From the NCBI GenBank assembly GCA_002633005.1, contig NMRA01000400.1:355421-419420 (forward strand): DNA of 64,000 bases. Reading direction: 5' to 3'. This DNA comes from Phoronis australis (lineage: Eukaryota > Animalia > Phoronida). This document shows, one piece after another, positions 1 through 13,979 of the stretch. Position 1 is the stretch's first letter; every line of letters starts with the position of its first letter. Below the pieces are notes generated by a model. That model had not been told where the DNA came from. It was given only the letters and a program-made list of their open reading frames with translations, and did not search any database. Made by a program: the position numbers and the translations under genes.

Positions 1-574
1 GTAAATCGAGATGTACTTTTTGTAGGTATGTAATGCTTCCTCAAGTTCCAAGATTGTCGTTTCAAACTCTAGCTTGTAGAATACTCGTCCATCGGAAGTG
101 GTGACAACAATTTTAGGAAACCAGCACGAAAACAACAGTGGAACAGATCCTGACATTAAACTCCAACGCAGAAACAAAATGACAGGGAATTCTGAACCCC
201 CTAAACATCACTTCCGCAACAAGTTATGGCTAATTAATTAAATTGCAGGAAGCCATAATTAACTGAAAAATTATGTCTGGGATAACCAACGAACCTTACT
301 TTTTGCTAAAATGACATGAAAAAGGTTGCTTTCTCTTTTAACTCAAGGAACATTTCTGTAATCGACTTTACTAGGATAAGACTTTCATTAGTTCCAACCT
401 GAGACCAGTTAGTCTGATTCCATGAACGGCTGTTTGACAGCGACTTTCAAATCGTCTGTATTCTTGAGTGATGGCGAGACGTCTAAAAATCTCCAGTCTT
501 TCGAGTTCGGAAGAAGTAATATCGCTTTAATTATTTTCGAATCCAGTGATTCGTTAACGGAAACGACTGTAGAG

Positions 575-820
575 ATGTAGTGATGATATCAATGGAGATG
601 TTGGTGACGGCAGTAATATCGATGATGAAGATGAAGAAGATGGAAATAATGGTAGCGAGAATGAGGGAGAGAGTAAATAGAATGGTGATGACGATGTGGG
701 TAATAATGGTGGTTGTTATGATAATGTTGATGATGAAGACGATGATGACGTTAGTTATGGTGATTATGACGATTGCGATTAGGACAATAGAATTGGAAGT
801 CATGGTGTCAGTAATGATTT
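575..820. repeat. Degenerate (GAT/GGT/GAC)n low-complexity trinucleotide tract
   Basis: Runs such as gatgatgaagatgaagaagat and gatgatgaagacgatgatgac. These explain the spurious Met/Val-rich and Ile/Thr-rich ORFs at 531-903. Confidence 0.8.
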
Positions 821-3800
821 GTGGTCGTAGTGACCAGACTGTAGATTTTCAGTTTCACTATGTAAGTCAGCTGCAGGCCTCGCGGGATGAATACTCGAAT
901 TAATCACTTACATTAGAAGCAACCGGAATTCAGAAGTGAGACACTGATGCGGTGCATAAGGAATATATGAGTCACTTGGGAAATTTTCCTGCGTGTTTGT
1001 CTGCTGAGATAATTCTGCATTAGACAAATTGAGGTCTCATTATTGACCAACTCGTCGTGTTCCTAGATTTCAGGTTATCTAAGATCGCATTAAGGCAGAG
1101 CAAAAATCACCAAAGGGACTTGTTCATTGATGCTCAAGGAACCGATGTAATCTTATTGTTCTGAAAATTTCCTTCAACTTCGTAACAACTTGTCATTCTT
1201 GTCCAGGGTATAATTTCTAGAACTCTGGGTTTATCATGACAACTTCTCACCTAAGACACATTTTGCCAACTCAAAACTGATTGCTGCCATTCTATGCAGG
1301 TACACAACTGAGGATACAGTGTAATCCGAATTGGTTATCAAGGCTTAGCGATCCAAATAGCGACCGCATTGGAGATAGTTATATACGACCACGTCAGATC
1401 CCTCTTTGTCTAGCTGGAGTCGGTTAGACGACCGGTCGTCGACTCGTGGGCGAACGGTCGGATGAAGCTCAGGATGTTTGTTTTAACTCCTGTTTGAATC
1501 AAAACCTAGAACATTTATACTGTCCATTTGAAAAATTCTACGACCGTGATATTTCTGAAAAACATTAGTGCCCCCATTTCTGTTCCTATTTCTTGTTGTG
1601 TTGCTAGAGAATCATTCTTATTTGTATTCAGATTACTAGTATTTAATCACCCCTTTGTATCGGAAGTTTATCACATATGACCAGTTTTCGAGTTCGCAAA
1701 TTAAAGATCAATTCAAGACAAGATTTGGTCAAGTGCAGGGTGATAAACGAGTGCATGGAGTAAGTGCCATACGCGCAAGACACTTGCGACAAAAATCTTG
1801 GTTTGTGGTTTGCAAATAGCGCGGCGTTTCACTTGTACAGCTTACTCTCAAAATTCAACATTCCGGCCTCGTCGACCAATCAATCCAGTGACGGCCATTT
1901 TGTAAGGTCTCGAGCTAACTCACGCGTGACTTTGCGGGATTTTTGCGATCTCATTTTTCTTCCAAAAATGCTACATGAAGCGCAGCTTAAGTGCCAAAAG
2001 CAACGGATTTTGAATTAAAATTGGTTACTTTAAAATGCCTGGAATTCCTCTGACGCCCATACTGCTTCGGCGTCTAAAACCACGCCGTGACAAGCAAGTT
2101 AATGAGCTTGGTCAAAACTAATAACGAACTGTCAGTTGTTTACAAACCAAAAATATCTCTATTATAGTAAGGAATGAGATGAGAACGAGTACAGCAAGCG
2201 ATCTAAATGAAATTTACCTTCCTGACTGAAGGCCTGCACTTTTAAATCTGGATGCTACATTCATATTTTCAAATTATAAGCGTAAATGACCCAAGCGTCG
2301 TTAATTAGGTCTAAGTGGTAAGAAGCATAGGCATCGCCATGGGTCAAGCGGAAATAGTAAATTTCAAACTGGAATATATCAAGTTAACGATAGCGAATTT
2401 TCCACTGGAGCATGAAAGCCGTATTTAAAAATAACCAAATAAAGCAAAAGGTTCCGCTAGAAAACATGAACCAAAAAATAACAGAATTTGGTGCTGTATT
2501 ATTGGAAGTATTATCTTTCTATTCTCAATTTCTGGGAAAGCACAGGCAAAAACAGAAAGGAAATTTTCTTCTTGAGTGTTTGTTATGCGCCCGCAGCTAG
2601 AAATATCTCGTTTCGGTATCTCGTCATAGTTTTTTCCAAATCAGGCATATTGTGTCGTGTTGTGCTTGCCTATTGAAATACGCATCCTTATTGCATGACC
2701 AGACAACGTGTAGTCATTATTAAATTCCAGCTCCGGAAAATTGTCAGTTTGACGTAATCAATGTCAGCAATGATTTCTCGTGGCAAGTGTTAAGTTCATT
2801 GCTCTACCCGGGCGGCGGCGCAAAATAGTTTAATGATCGTCGAGAATTAAGGGGTCCAGGAAGTAGGGATAGCGAGCCCCTTCGAGCTCCAATGTTTCTG
2901 CTTTTCTGTGATGAAGAATTTGAATACTATCACTCTCCACTGTCAGTAAACTTTGAAAACAATACACATTTAACATTTGGATATCAATTGTTTTTTCATT
3001 TATATTACAAGCAGCGTGCCAGGATATTGCGAAAAGGGTTAGACCTACCAGATGTAATAACTTTTGCTTAATACTTAATATGAAAAAGCGGGACAGTTTT
3101 TGAAATCAAAAGGACATAATTGGCGAGAAAAGTAGTTTTCTGAAATCCGCCTCAGCGCGGAATCGAACTTGGAAATCCCGCGGTCAAAGCCTAACAGCTG
3201 CTGGCGTAGCTAAAACTAATCGTAGAATGTTTTAAACTTCTCTAACTAGTAAAGTCACCAGCTGTGATTTCAACGAATATCTGGCAAACAACAACGACAA
3301 TTGGCAAATTGAAGTAGAATCACAGAACACATCAAGTTTTACTGTCCTATAGCTCTGGTCGAACCAAATAATTCTATCCCATACAACAACAATATCAAAA
3401 TGCATTTTTCAGCCGTATAATCGATAACACCCCCTTGAGGGAGTAGTAGTAGTGCCAACAGCCCAATATTATTTCATGTTCCCTACCAATGATCGACCTA
3501 ATGTCGGACCACTAAGCTCTCCAGACTGCACTCGAACTGTGGCTGGTATGTGTTACCCTTAAATTCCAAGTTTCTTTAATACCTTCATAAATAAATAAAT
3601 AAATGAAACAATTCATTTTTAGAATGTGAAACACCGAGTTATCATTCAAACAAACCGAGGCTGTGATTGCTAGTTCTAAGTACTTTTACTTCCTTGGACT
3701 TTTGCAGTGTATATGAGAAATCGATGATGTTGTAATAGATCGAGTTTATTGTATATCTTGCAGCATTTACAAATTTACCACTACTAAAAGCAATCGATAA

Positions 3801-4027
3801 CAACTATAAATTGACAGTCAGAAACGTCTCCTTTAAAGGAATGATTGACTATACTTTGTGAATCGTCAGACGGAAAGCTCATAGAGAAATGATAGCCATC
3901 CCACATCATCCGGTCAGTCACGTGTCTCAGAAGCACCGCGTTCTCACGGTATACAACGGACTTCAGGGTGCCATGAACTCGTAATGTTTGGGTATGCAAA
4001 GAACTAGCAGCTAGTTGATGCAGGAAA

Positions 4028-4179
4028 CCAGACGTGAGTTCAGTAGACGCTAGGACCTACGCTAGAACCTAGCTAAAACCTAGTCAAAGTCACGTGTTCT
4101 CATTTAAAAACATATCTCACGTAATCTCGCGAAGTCTTGCTTTTTAGAGAAGTCCTATCGTTACTGAACGGGAGGCAGG
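4028..4179. mobile_element. ~150-bp MITE with imperfect TIRs (second copy inside the DIRS RT at 24073-24222)
   Basis: Ends ccagacgtgagttcagtagacgctaggacct ... gtcctatcgttactgaacgggaggcagg. It aligns in reverse orientation with 24073-24222. Confidence 0.8.
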
Positions 4180-7100
4180 CTTAAGTTGACTTTGTGGGTC
4201 TCCCCATGTTCTTACGCTGAAAACATGAATGTAAGTTCTTTCCAAACCTCTCAACAAGGAACAACTTAGAGTCAATTCTATATCGACAAGTGGTCTCTCA
4301 CTCGTGTAGAAACCACCAATTTCTCCCAACTGCAAAAGATATTTTATTGGGTTACACGTCACTAGGGAAGCATTCTATGGGATGCGAATGCTAAATGTCA
4401 TTATAAAGTTCACTTTATGTAAAAACTTCATGCCAGTTCTTCCGCTAGCCACGTACAATTGACCTATCGCAAGGCCCACCCCCTAGCGAAATGTCGACAA
4501 ACAAACAATAAGTGTTACCCGGCAACGTGTTGTTTGTCGGGTAAAATGGTGGCTTGGAAACGAAGGTGTGTCAAGAATGCTGTGTTCTAATTGGTCACTT
4601 AAACCGTCACTCAAAGTCCTGGCGATAGGTCAAAATCTTATCTATGTTGTAAAAAGTAAATATGTGATTCGTGTGAACATTTATTTGCCGAAAAAATCGT
4701 CGCAGCTCATATGAGCATACAAAAGCGGTCCCTAATCTAAAACCACGAACTGGTTCAACACATGCGTAGGTCGTAATGTATTTAGTGATAAATTGCAAGC
4801 CTGTACGTGTGTCATTTCGAAAACGTACATGAGAATACTTTCATCACAGCCATACACGTCATTTTTAACACACGACATGGAACACGTTATATGACTGATT
4901 TGAATACATTAAATCAGCGTCAATTTGCTGTTTTTGTCTACGATTCCTTCCCAGTCTCTAATTGGTACTTGAAACGCCTTCGCGCGCCCAAGGCAGTTAT
5001 TGGCAATGATGAACGGTGAGGGTTTTCAGACAGAAATAATCAATACGAAATTAACACGCTGTCTTATCGAGTTTCAAAATTAATTGCCTAAGTGATGCAA
5101 TTCGTTGCGTTTTATAATAGACACAATTTTTGCTCTACTTGAAACCACTTGTAAGTGGACGAGTTTGATATATAGCATGTCAATTCATATTTTACGAAGT
5201 CTCTCACACGTCACCAAAGGTAAGTTGACGAAACTGGTTACGCTCCGGTAACATAGTTTAAGCCGAGGGTGGCGCTGTGTTCAGGTGGACTGTGAAAGTA
5301 AAGGTGACGATGAGGTCAATACCCAAGAACATTATGTCATTGACCATTGTATTATGTAGGATCCAAGAAAAAGTTCCAATTGTGGCCAACTTCGGAACAT
5401 CGTATTTCAGGAATAGCTGATCGGATTAACTCGAAACTTTCACATAGGCCTGCTATGTTTTAAAAAAACCGGTCTCCAAAAATGCTATTAGAATGGTCTT
5501 CAAGATCTTCCACTTTTGCATGAGAGGCATTAAAATAAGACTTTTACGATTCTTCTGAAAAAAAATCCAATTTTCGTAAAACGAAAACGAAACGATCATT
5601 TAGAAAACTGTAATTGCGTGTTGGAGGTTTTATCTTGAACATGATTGCGTAATTTGGTCATAGTATTGATGCTGTTGTTTCACTATGAATTTGTTTTCTC
5701 TTTCATTGGAAATTTTTCCTAAAATGCAAAGTCAGGTAAGTTAATTAGGGACAGATTGGTAAAAATCAAAATTCAAATTCCATGGTATTTCTGTTGTCAT
5801 AAAACGTATACTTTTGCTGAGTTCAATCATGTAGTGTTATAGATACTTCATAATGACAGTGGTAATGATCCAATAATTGAAGCGCTACACCTGTGTGTAA
5901 CTGGTCTCACAGAATAACAGAATAAACAAAACTAAAGTTGATTATGATAAAGACTGCTACCTCAGCAATATGATAGCGCTTCTGTAGATGAATGAGGATT
6001 CTGATGAAAACGATGAAAACAACTAGACAAAAACAAGTGAGCAATGGCAATTCGCATGAGAAAACTTTGCACAAGCTCTGACGTTATCTTAATGTTTCAT
6101 GTACAGAGCATTGGCTTGCTATCAAGGCCTACATGTAATATCCTGAAAAGTGGATGTATGTAAGCTTTCCCAAAACGCTTCCATGTACAGGATAAATAAG
6201 CAAAAGCCTGACTGCTGTTTGACGATGTAAATTGATGCGCTGACGTTGTTATCGATTGCTAAGTGCACATCGGCGTAGAGTGATGAGAAATTACATCCCA
6301 TCCTCAAAGTACTTAATATTATTTATCGTTCCCATACACACTCCCAGATGAAGTGTCGGTGACAGCCCCGTCCAGCACTAAATGGCTGTCGTTGCTTTCA
6401 AATAATGAAGAGAAAAGTCATAAATCGTTAATCATTGACTTCAGAACAATAGAAAATCAGCTAAGCCTATATAGGATAACAATTATTGATATTTTCCGTA
6501 TCTACACAACTGTGAAGTGCTTCAAGGGTTAAAAGTGGTTTCAGAAAAAACTCATTGATTCCGTATTCTTAAAGCGACATTAAACCCACATTCCAACACT
6601 GAAAGCAATTTTTTGATTAAGACCACTTGCCGTTGTGCAGCTGGTCAAGAAACTTTCCTTAGTCGAAATATGTGTCATTCCTGAGTTTGAAAAGAACGGG
6701 TAGCGTATTATTCCTTTAGTTGAGACTCTAGACGCTTACTTGTCACAACGCGTCATATTTTAACCGCTTACCAGTTCCTCGCAAACCCATAAATGACTCC
6801 ACGAATGAGCAAGGAACAAGTTGAGACCAATTTGACAGCGGCATGTGGTCGTAAACTAAAATTTGTGGCCTCGTTTTCATGGACATTAGCAAGTACGAAC
6901 CTGCAGCGTTGGGTCTTTAAAAAGGAAAAAAAATTAAAGCGGCTGTAAACTTGACTTCCATCCGAAAAATCAAACACTTCATTTTGGACAACTAACATTT
7001 TTTATGAAATTGGTCTCAAATCGTTTCTTAGTCAAATCGGAGATAATTTCAGGGCTTGGAAGAACTGACAGTTCGTCATTGCCTTATAAGACGGATCATG

Positions 7101-7922
7101 CCTGTCACTTTGTGTACATGGCAGTTCTTTGTAAACCCAGAAATCACTGAGCAAGGAACAAGTTGATACCGATGCTACAGTGGTAAACGATCTAAATTAC
7201 AAGTTCACGTCTCTAACGGGACACGAGTAGGTATAGAGCACCTGCAAATGCAATTGCTTGATCCAGAACTTCGAGCATGTAAAACTAGACATGTTCATTG
7301 CAACACTCTCATTCTTGCAATTAACGAAAAAGCAATAGAAGTGTGTTCAGTAGCAGAACTGCATAGTAGCTTCTTTTGACAAGAAAAGATTGTCAGTGTT
7401 TGCTAGTCTAGTGAATTAAAAAAACTGAGATGACACTGACTTGTGAAACTATATCATAACCAACCCATCGATGAATCGTTAAGAATTTCAATTGCAAAAG
7501 TTGCGATGTTGTTGCGCAGCTTACAGTCTTGCACCGTTTAATTAGTGAACTGTGCGTCACAAGCAGACAGGTCGGGTCAATCATACAGTGCGAGTGAGAA
7601 CGTTTTGGAAGGATATGGAGTTTGTGAATGGCGCAACATCGTTATCAGAAAATTCCAATAACGATGGAGAACGCAGATCCGATAGCTGGAGTTCGTAAGA
7701 ATGCATTTCTATTAATCGAAGAAAGCAATGTGACAGTCAGCTACCACCAGCTGTCAAATTCGAGGCTTTTTGTGAAGTAGTGCGAGACCACGTGGAAAAT
7801 TTCCCTCGCATGTATGGAAATTTCACAATTGTAGCGTAATCAGAGTACTAATATCAACAATGCAGTCTAAATTTCGTTAAATAATAAACTTAAAGCATTG
7901 TTGGCATCACAGGGACACTGAT

Positions 7923-8058
7923 ACGCGTAGAATTAATAGTTTGAAATGAGATTTAACGCGTAAAATTAATAGTTTGAAATGAGATTTAACGCGTAAAATT
8001 AATAGTTTGAAATGAGATTTAACGCGTAAAATTAATAGTTTGAAATGAGATTTAACGC
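7923..8058. repeat. Minisatellite, 33-bp unit x4
   Basis: acgcgtaaaattaatagtttgaaatgagattta starts at 7923, 7956, 7989 and 8022; copies are near-identical. Confidence 0.95.
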
Positions 8059-8888
8059 CCATAAATCGCAGTCATTACTAGTCTGGCTAATTCAACGGTG
8101 AATTTTACAATTATTTTGTTTTGTGCAGAAAGAATAATCCCTGTTTTGAAATGGCGAATTGGTATCTTTAATTTGCTTTCTGCTATCGGCATCTAGTCCA
8201 GTTTTATTTTAGAAGTGTTTTGACAAGTCTCAAGCATTTTTCACGCATACTTTGAAATTACAGATTTTTAGAAGTCTCAAGTTAATGTCCAGTTGGCAAA
8301 TTTTAGAATCAGAAGACGTGAGCCGTTTTTATCCAAGCGGAAGCAACAGTGTAACATCCCAGCGTAAAATTAAACCTTTAGCGCGCCACACGAATTTCAT
8401 GAAGCATGCGACAAATTGGATATTACGAAGAAAATTCTCCATTAATGAAACATAGAACTGTTTAACTTGTCAATACCAGGGTTATCAACGTCTAAACGCC
8501 ATTATTTGTGTCGATGGCTCAAGTTTAGCGATAGGGAAGTAAATAAGCTAAGACTGCAGTTCAATAGTGTATTCCGCAACCACAAAAACGATACAGTCGC
8601 CGTCTTATTGTCCAAACTAAGACCTTTTCAGTTCTGTATTTCTCATGGACACTCATGAACATCTATATGAAGAGATGACTAACAACATTTGAATGCGAAT
8701 AGTTAACACTACCGTGTTTGAAACTACTCCAGAAGGAGAAATCTGGAATTTGAACAGCGTGCTTAATTATATGTAAAACATTTACGTTTTATCACAGACT
8801 TTAGTACATGGATCGCCAACTCCGTATACTTTTAATGACGAAATCTGTGCTCTTACGGAAGCAATGACGTCATTATTCACTGGCGACA

Positions 8889-9907
8889 CAGTGGCGGATC
8901 TAGGATATCACAAGGGGGGGGCAACATTTTGTCCGGCTGTAAGAATTTGTGCAAACTGAACCACGATTGTAGATGCACATAGCACCGAATGGGGGGAGGT
9001 CGGGAGGGGGGTTTGCCCCCCTCCCGCCCAGGAAATTTTTCTGTTTTTACCTCTAAAAATCAAGCATTTTCCTTGATTCCTGAAGTATTATTCAAGAAAA
9101 AAGGCAAAAAAAAACGGAGAGCGTGTCAAACAGGGAAAACTGCAAGCATCAAAGACTCGAACACGACCTCGCGATTAGTACGCGCGTGCGTTACCACTAC
9201 ACCACCACGACTTAACTTCCAATCTCGTACTAAGAGACCTACTTGTTTATGGTCCACAGCGTTTGCGCGCGAAACCTACTTCTTTTTGTAATGCTTATTA
9301 CACGTTTTATATTTTGTGCCATCGATTCTTAAAAAATTGTCGTATTTAAATAGTCTTCAAATGCCAAAAAGACCAAATCCGTTTTTCGTGTTGGCAATAA
9401 TGACGGGATTGCTTTGGAAATCGTCTTATGATAAGGTTTGGCAAAGAGAGTATTGCGAGTTTCTGAGTGATTCACTAAGGCTTCGATTAAAATTCACATC
9501 TTACCAGCAGCTTCTGTTTTTTCATCGTCACTCAGGTTCCATTTTCTTTAAAAAATGAAGTAAATTTTCTTCATTGCACAGTGGAGCAGACGACGGAAAC
9601 GGAGTCGTAGTGCGCAGCGCCACTGCCGGTCGACTGGGATATCGCGGGAGATCCTATACTTAGCCATGATGGTTCCGTTACGAATGCGCCGTGTTCCGAA
9701 TTTGACACTTGAAATTGGATTTGAGCCCCCCCAAACACTAAAACTGCACACATTTAAATCTTATTTCATCCGTATGATTTTAATTACCGGGGTTAATTAA
9801 CAAACTCAACATTTCCCTGCGCTCTTACTGTTTTATTTTTTTGCGGCAGCCAAGGGGGGGGGGGGNGCCCCCTGGGCCCCCTGGGCCCCCCCCTAAATCC
9901 ACCTATG
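8889..9907. mobile_element. Non-autonomous hAT-like DNA transposon with 5-bp TSD (cgaca)
   Basis: Left end cagtggcggatctagg; right end reverse-complements to cataggtggatttagg; G/C-run subtermini; cgaca duplicated at 8884-8888 and 9908-9912. Confidence 0.75.
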
Positions 9908-12900
9908 CGACACCTGGCCAAATTGGCAAGTTTTATTTCCGGCAAGTACGTCGTCTGCTAATTGTTGGTTGTTGTGTCGTCACAATACACTAACCGGAAA
10001 TTGAAACGCATAATATAGGAGGTGGCGCCTCCTCTAGAAAACGTCGAGTTGCGAATCTGTTGTCTATAATCTATGGTTTTATTCAAGTTGGCAGAATATA
10101 GGACGGCATGTTGTAGGGATTTACGTCTATTCTGTCAAGAGTGTTTCGTTACAAAGTCATAATTATGACTGCTGATTAGTTTAGGTTTTACAGCATAGTT
10201 TGAGCTCTGGTTTTCAGCAACGGGCGGTTTCTCATAGAACAGTCGTGAACTCCTTGTCTAATATTATACAACATACGAGATATAAGTTTTGAAATGTTTA
10301 CGAAAACATTGCCTGTTGATCAACCAACTGCGGTCGTATCAAACAATATTCGATGAGTAGCATGGACGAAATCAAGGTTATGTAGGACCTTATCGACAAG
10401 CGTGTATATTTAAACAGGTATATGCAAAATAATGGATTTTAAGTTCATAAAAGTATATATTTTCTGAAAGAAAGAAACAGTATAATTTGATGTTTGTCTT
10501 TTTATCAAGCTTTCAATAATTGGGTCACATGACATTAGCACAAAGAGAAGACACATCTATAGTAAAACCACGGTACCAACAATATGGCCGAATTTTGAAT
10601 GTCAAAAACAATGTTACAGTATTCTACTGTATATAATCATTTCGTTTTCATTTTATGCAAATTTTGAGATTTTCCGTGAAAATTACAAGTGTTCAATTTT
10701 TTGATAACCTCTCATACAACAGTGGAAGATTTTAAAAACAATTCCTAACAAAGTAGTGCATAACACGTAGTATTCGAAAGTTTCATATAAATCCAAGCAT
10801 TCATCCAATGCCAGCCAAATTTGAACATTTTTCTAGGGTGTTACATAACCCAAAAGCATGAGTGTGTAGAAGTGGCACATATTCAAGGGCAATTAGGTTT
10901 TCGGTAAGCTAAATAATTATTCAAACAATGTCCATATTATACCAACAAGTGATTTCTCTTTTTTGTTATCAAGCAATAGCCATAAAACATATTAAAACAC
11001 GCTTTGAGTTGAGTGTCGCAGTTTGTCCTAAGGATACGAACGGAATGGAATAAAGATAGTTAACAACGACAATTTTGCATAACGGAAAACGTGCTACCGA
11101 AGTACTGCAAAAATACATTCTCTGTAAAAACGAATTTTTTACTTTGATTTCTCACCGTTAGAAAACTATTAAGTTTCAAATAGTCCCCCACTCGGATTAC
11201 ACGTGATTCCTGGGACGAACCGGTAACTGTTTACGTTCGGAACCAAACCGAAGTTGGCTGATCGCTAAATTAACCCAACATGATCCCGAAGCCCAGAAAT
11301 TCCATGCAGTCTGAGCATGAGACAATTTTAACAGCGACAAGTGGTCAATAGCAAAAGTTATTTTTGACATTGCTGAGTTTATAGCAGCTTCTATGAAACT
11401 ACACGGCACCCTCTACAACACAGTAAAGTCTGAGACAGCATTACTGATGATTAGCAGGATGTAAAAGCCTCTTTTCTCAAAAACGCGAAAAGCTTAAAGC
11501 CAAGCTTAGCGTGATTGTGATCGTATTTTCGCAATGCTTAATGCACTGCCATACAAATTAGTTTAACAAAACAATTTCTGGATTATTGTCCTGTTGGATA
11601 GTCTAATCAACTTGACAAGATCTAAGTCATGCAAACGTTAGTTCTTTGAGGAATGAATAATACGTAATTATCGGGCATAATCTGATAAATTTGGTTTTTA
11701 TCGATGCTATGATATCACCAATTCCAAGTTCTTGAACGATCGATCTCACCGGACTGAATCACCGGAGAAGGGCAAATCATTGATGACTCGTGTACTTGTC
11801 AGTACACAAGTTATTGACATAATTTCCCTAGTTTGCGCAACACGGTCTTGATTCATAAGAACTGTAAATGTTCTGTTTGGTGATTGAAAATGAGTTACGC
11901 GGAGAATAGACTACATAAAATTGAAAATTGTTTCTCAGAAGCTTTGGTGGCTAATAACATCTTTTTAATTGTAAGACGCACAAGCGATTAGCGAGGATTC
12001 ACACCCAAATGTTAAATTAGGCTACTGACCAACTTCATAAAGGAAACACGCTTCATGGTACACATTTGTTTCTTCAAGTATGGTAAATTTTTGCAAAGGG
12101 TGTGGTATAATTCTCCAGAAAGGAAAATTTCGTTGTTTTTGTTTAGATCGCGGCCACAAGCACAACATCTCCGTTCATTCTAACCCGGACATGTTGCCAG
12201 AGTGATGCGTAGTCTGACCTTTGACCAAAACAGCTACGTAACGGTAGAATTGTGGGCAATCCATCACTATTGTTTACGTTTGATGAGTTCACTGATTTAA
12301 CAAATTTTTAAGGTTTTGGTATTTAGACTGTAGATTTACTGTGTGCTACTTGACAAGTAGAAAATATGTCAATTGAATATTTTCAACTCATAGACCAATT
12401 CTGAGAAGTTTCAGAATCCGGTTTACACTGGGGTTCTAACACATTTTACTTTAGTAGAATGAATGTTCGTAGCTGGCGCCGTCACATAGTAGTTACCTAC
12501 CGGCGACCTGTCTGTATTTGTGGACCTAGCTTTCGGGTCCGTCTTGGGCACTTAATTTGTCAGGGTACTGGCGGGAATCTCCCTCCATTTTAGTGTTTAG
12601 TGTAGTTGGACTCTTTATGACTAACCATAAAACAAGACGAATATTATTATATATAGATTTTACACAGGTAACTGCGGTATGCCTACCCATCTCCACGTCA
12701 GATATAATAGTAACTTCTGTTCACATGGCTTATTAAGTTTCTGCGCGTATAATCAAGAAGTTGAAAAAATATAGGGCTTAAGCTTATTTACCGCTATAAA
12801 ATTAGTATCAACTTGTTCCCTACTTAGATATTTTGGATTAAATTAATGTCTGGGCTTGGATAGAAGCCTAGCTCTGATCGCTGTTACTTGACACGGAGAT

Positions 12901-13570
12901 CACGCTCAGTAATTCGGTTTGTCACGGCGGGTCATTTTAGGCGCCGAGTATGGTCCAAAGCAATTACGAACTGCCAGTTTGTTCAATTAAGCTCAGAAAT
13001 GATTTACCAACCTGAGCAAGTTACAAATTAAGATCATGTTAATAGCCCTGGAGGATCTGAGCCAAACTTTTTCAACAGAAGTCAGGATTAGAGCTGCTTT
13101 AAAAGATATTTCAGGAAACGTGATTTCTCTTCAACAGAGTGTTGCCACAGACTATTGACACAATAGGCGCGGGCAATGGGACACCGCCTCGCTAAGCTAC
13201 TGTTATTGACGAGCGGTATCAAAATAACTAATCGTTAAAGTTATTGTAACGAACTTGTATGAACTAGGTTTTGTGTTCAACAAACAATAGATTATGGATT
13301 TCATTCTGTCGAGTGGTAAGAAACTCTGGGTTTGGTGGTAGATCTAAACCATTTGAGTCCAGATAACGTTCCTCGACTCGAGTGCACTTAGACATGGTTG
13401 ACATTTCCTTAAGGGACACGATTCTAAGAATTAGAGGAGAAAGCCTACTCGATTACTGCTGGCTAGTCCGTTTTCGTTTATTTAAGATATAATTTAAATG
13501 GCTTACGCTACGTACAATCAAAAGCAAAATATATAGACGGAAGTAACCATTACTAATCGAAATAACTTAC

Positions 13571-13979
13571 CTATTCCGACGCCCAGTACAATGCGCCCAC
13601 CGAGCAACATGTATTTGTCAGCAGCGAATGCAGACACTAACGCTCCAACAGCAAAAATGACATCTGAAATCATGATGACGGGTTTTCGGCCAATTCGGTC
13701 GTCAATAAATCCGGCAAGGAGTGCAAAGACGGCGGCGGCTCCAATCGTCGAACTGACGACCAATTCTTGCCAAAACGAGGTCAAAATGAATTCTTCTCGT
13801 ACGAGAAGGACCGCTCCGGAGATCACTCCGGTGTCGTATCCAAACAAAAATCCTCCTAATCCGGACAACACTGTCACAACGTATACAAATTTGGCGGTGT
13901 GGAGTTTTGTCGGAATTTGGTCCACTTTAAGGTCGGTGCCTTCCCCATGCGACCTCATTTCTATTGTTCCGGGAGCCAT
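13571..13979 (-). CDS. SLC2A13: Exon 1 of an MFS sugar porter, proton/myo-inositol cotransporter (HMIT)-like
   Basis: Translation shows GGFLFGYDTGVISGA, WQELVVSSTIGAAA, DRIGRKP and GRIVLGVGIG, then a phase-1 GTAAGT donor (plus strand acttac at 13565-13570). Downstream exons were not found by eye in 1-13570. Confidence 0.88.

Noticed and set aside
531-903. Met/Val-rich and Ile/Thr-rich ORFs
   Set aside because: By-products of a degenerate GAT trinucleotide tract; no domain signal.
3148-3212. tRNA-like B-box sequence on the minus strand (gttcgattccgcg)
   Set aside because: No A box or cloverleaf; at most a decayed SINE head.
7923-8058. 33-bp repeats as a possible CRISPR array
   Set aside because: Head-to-tail copies with no spacers, eukaryotic context and no cas genes.
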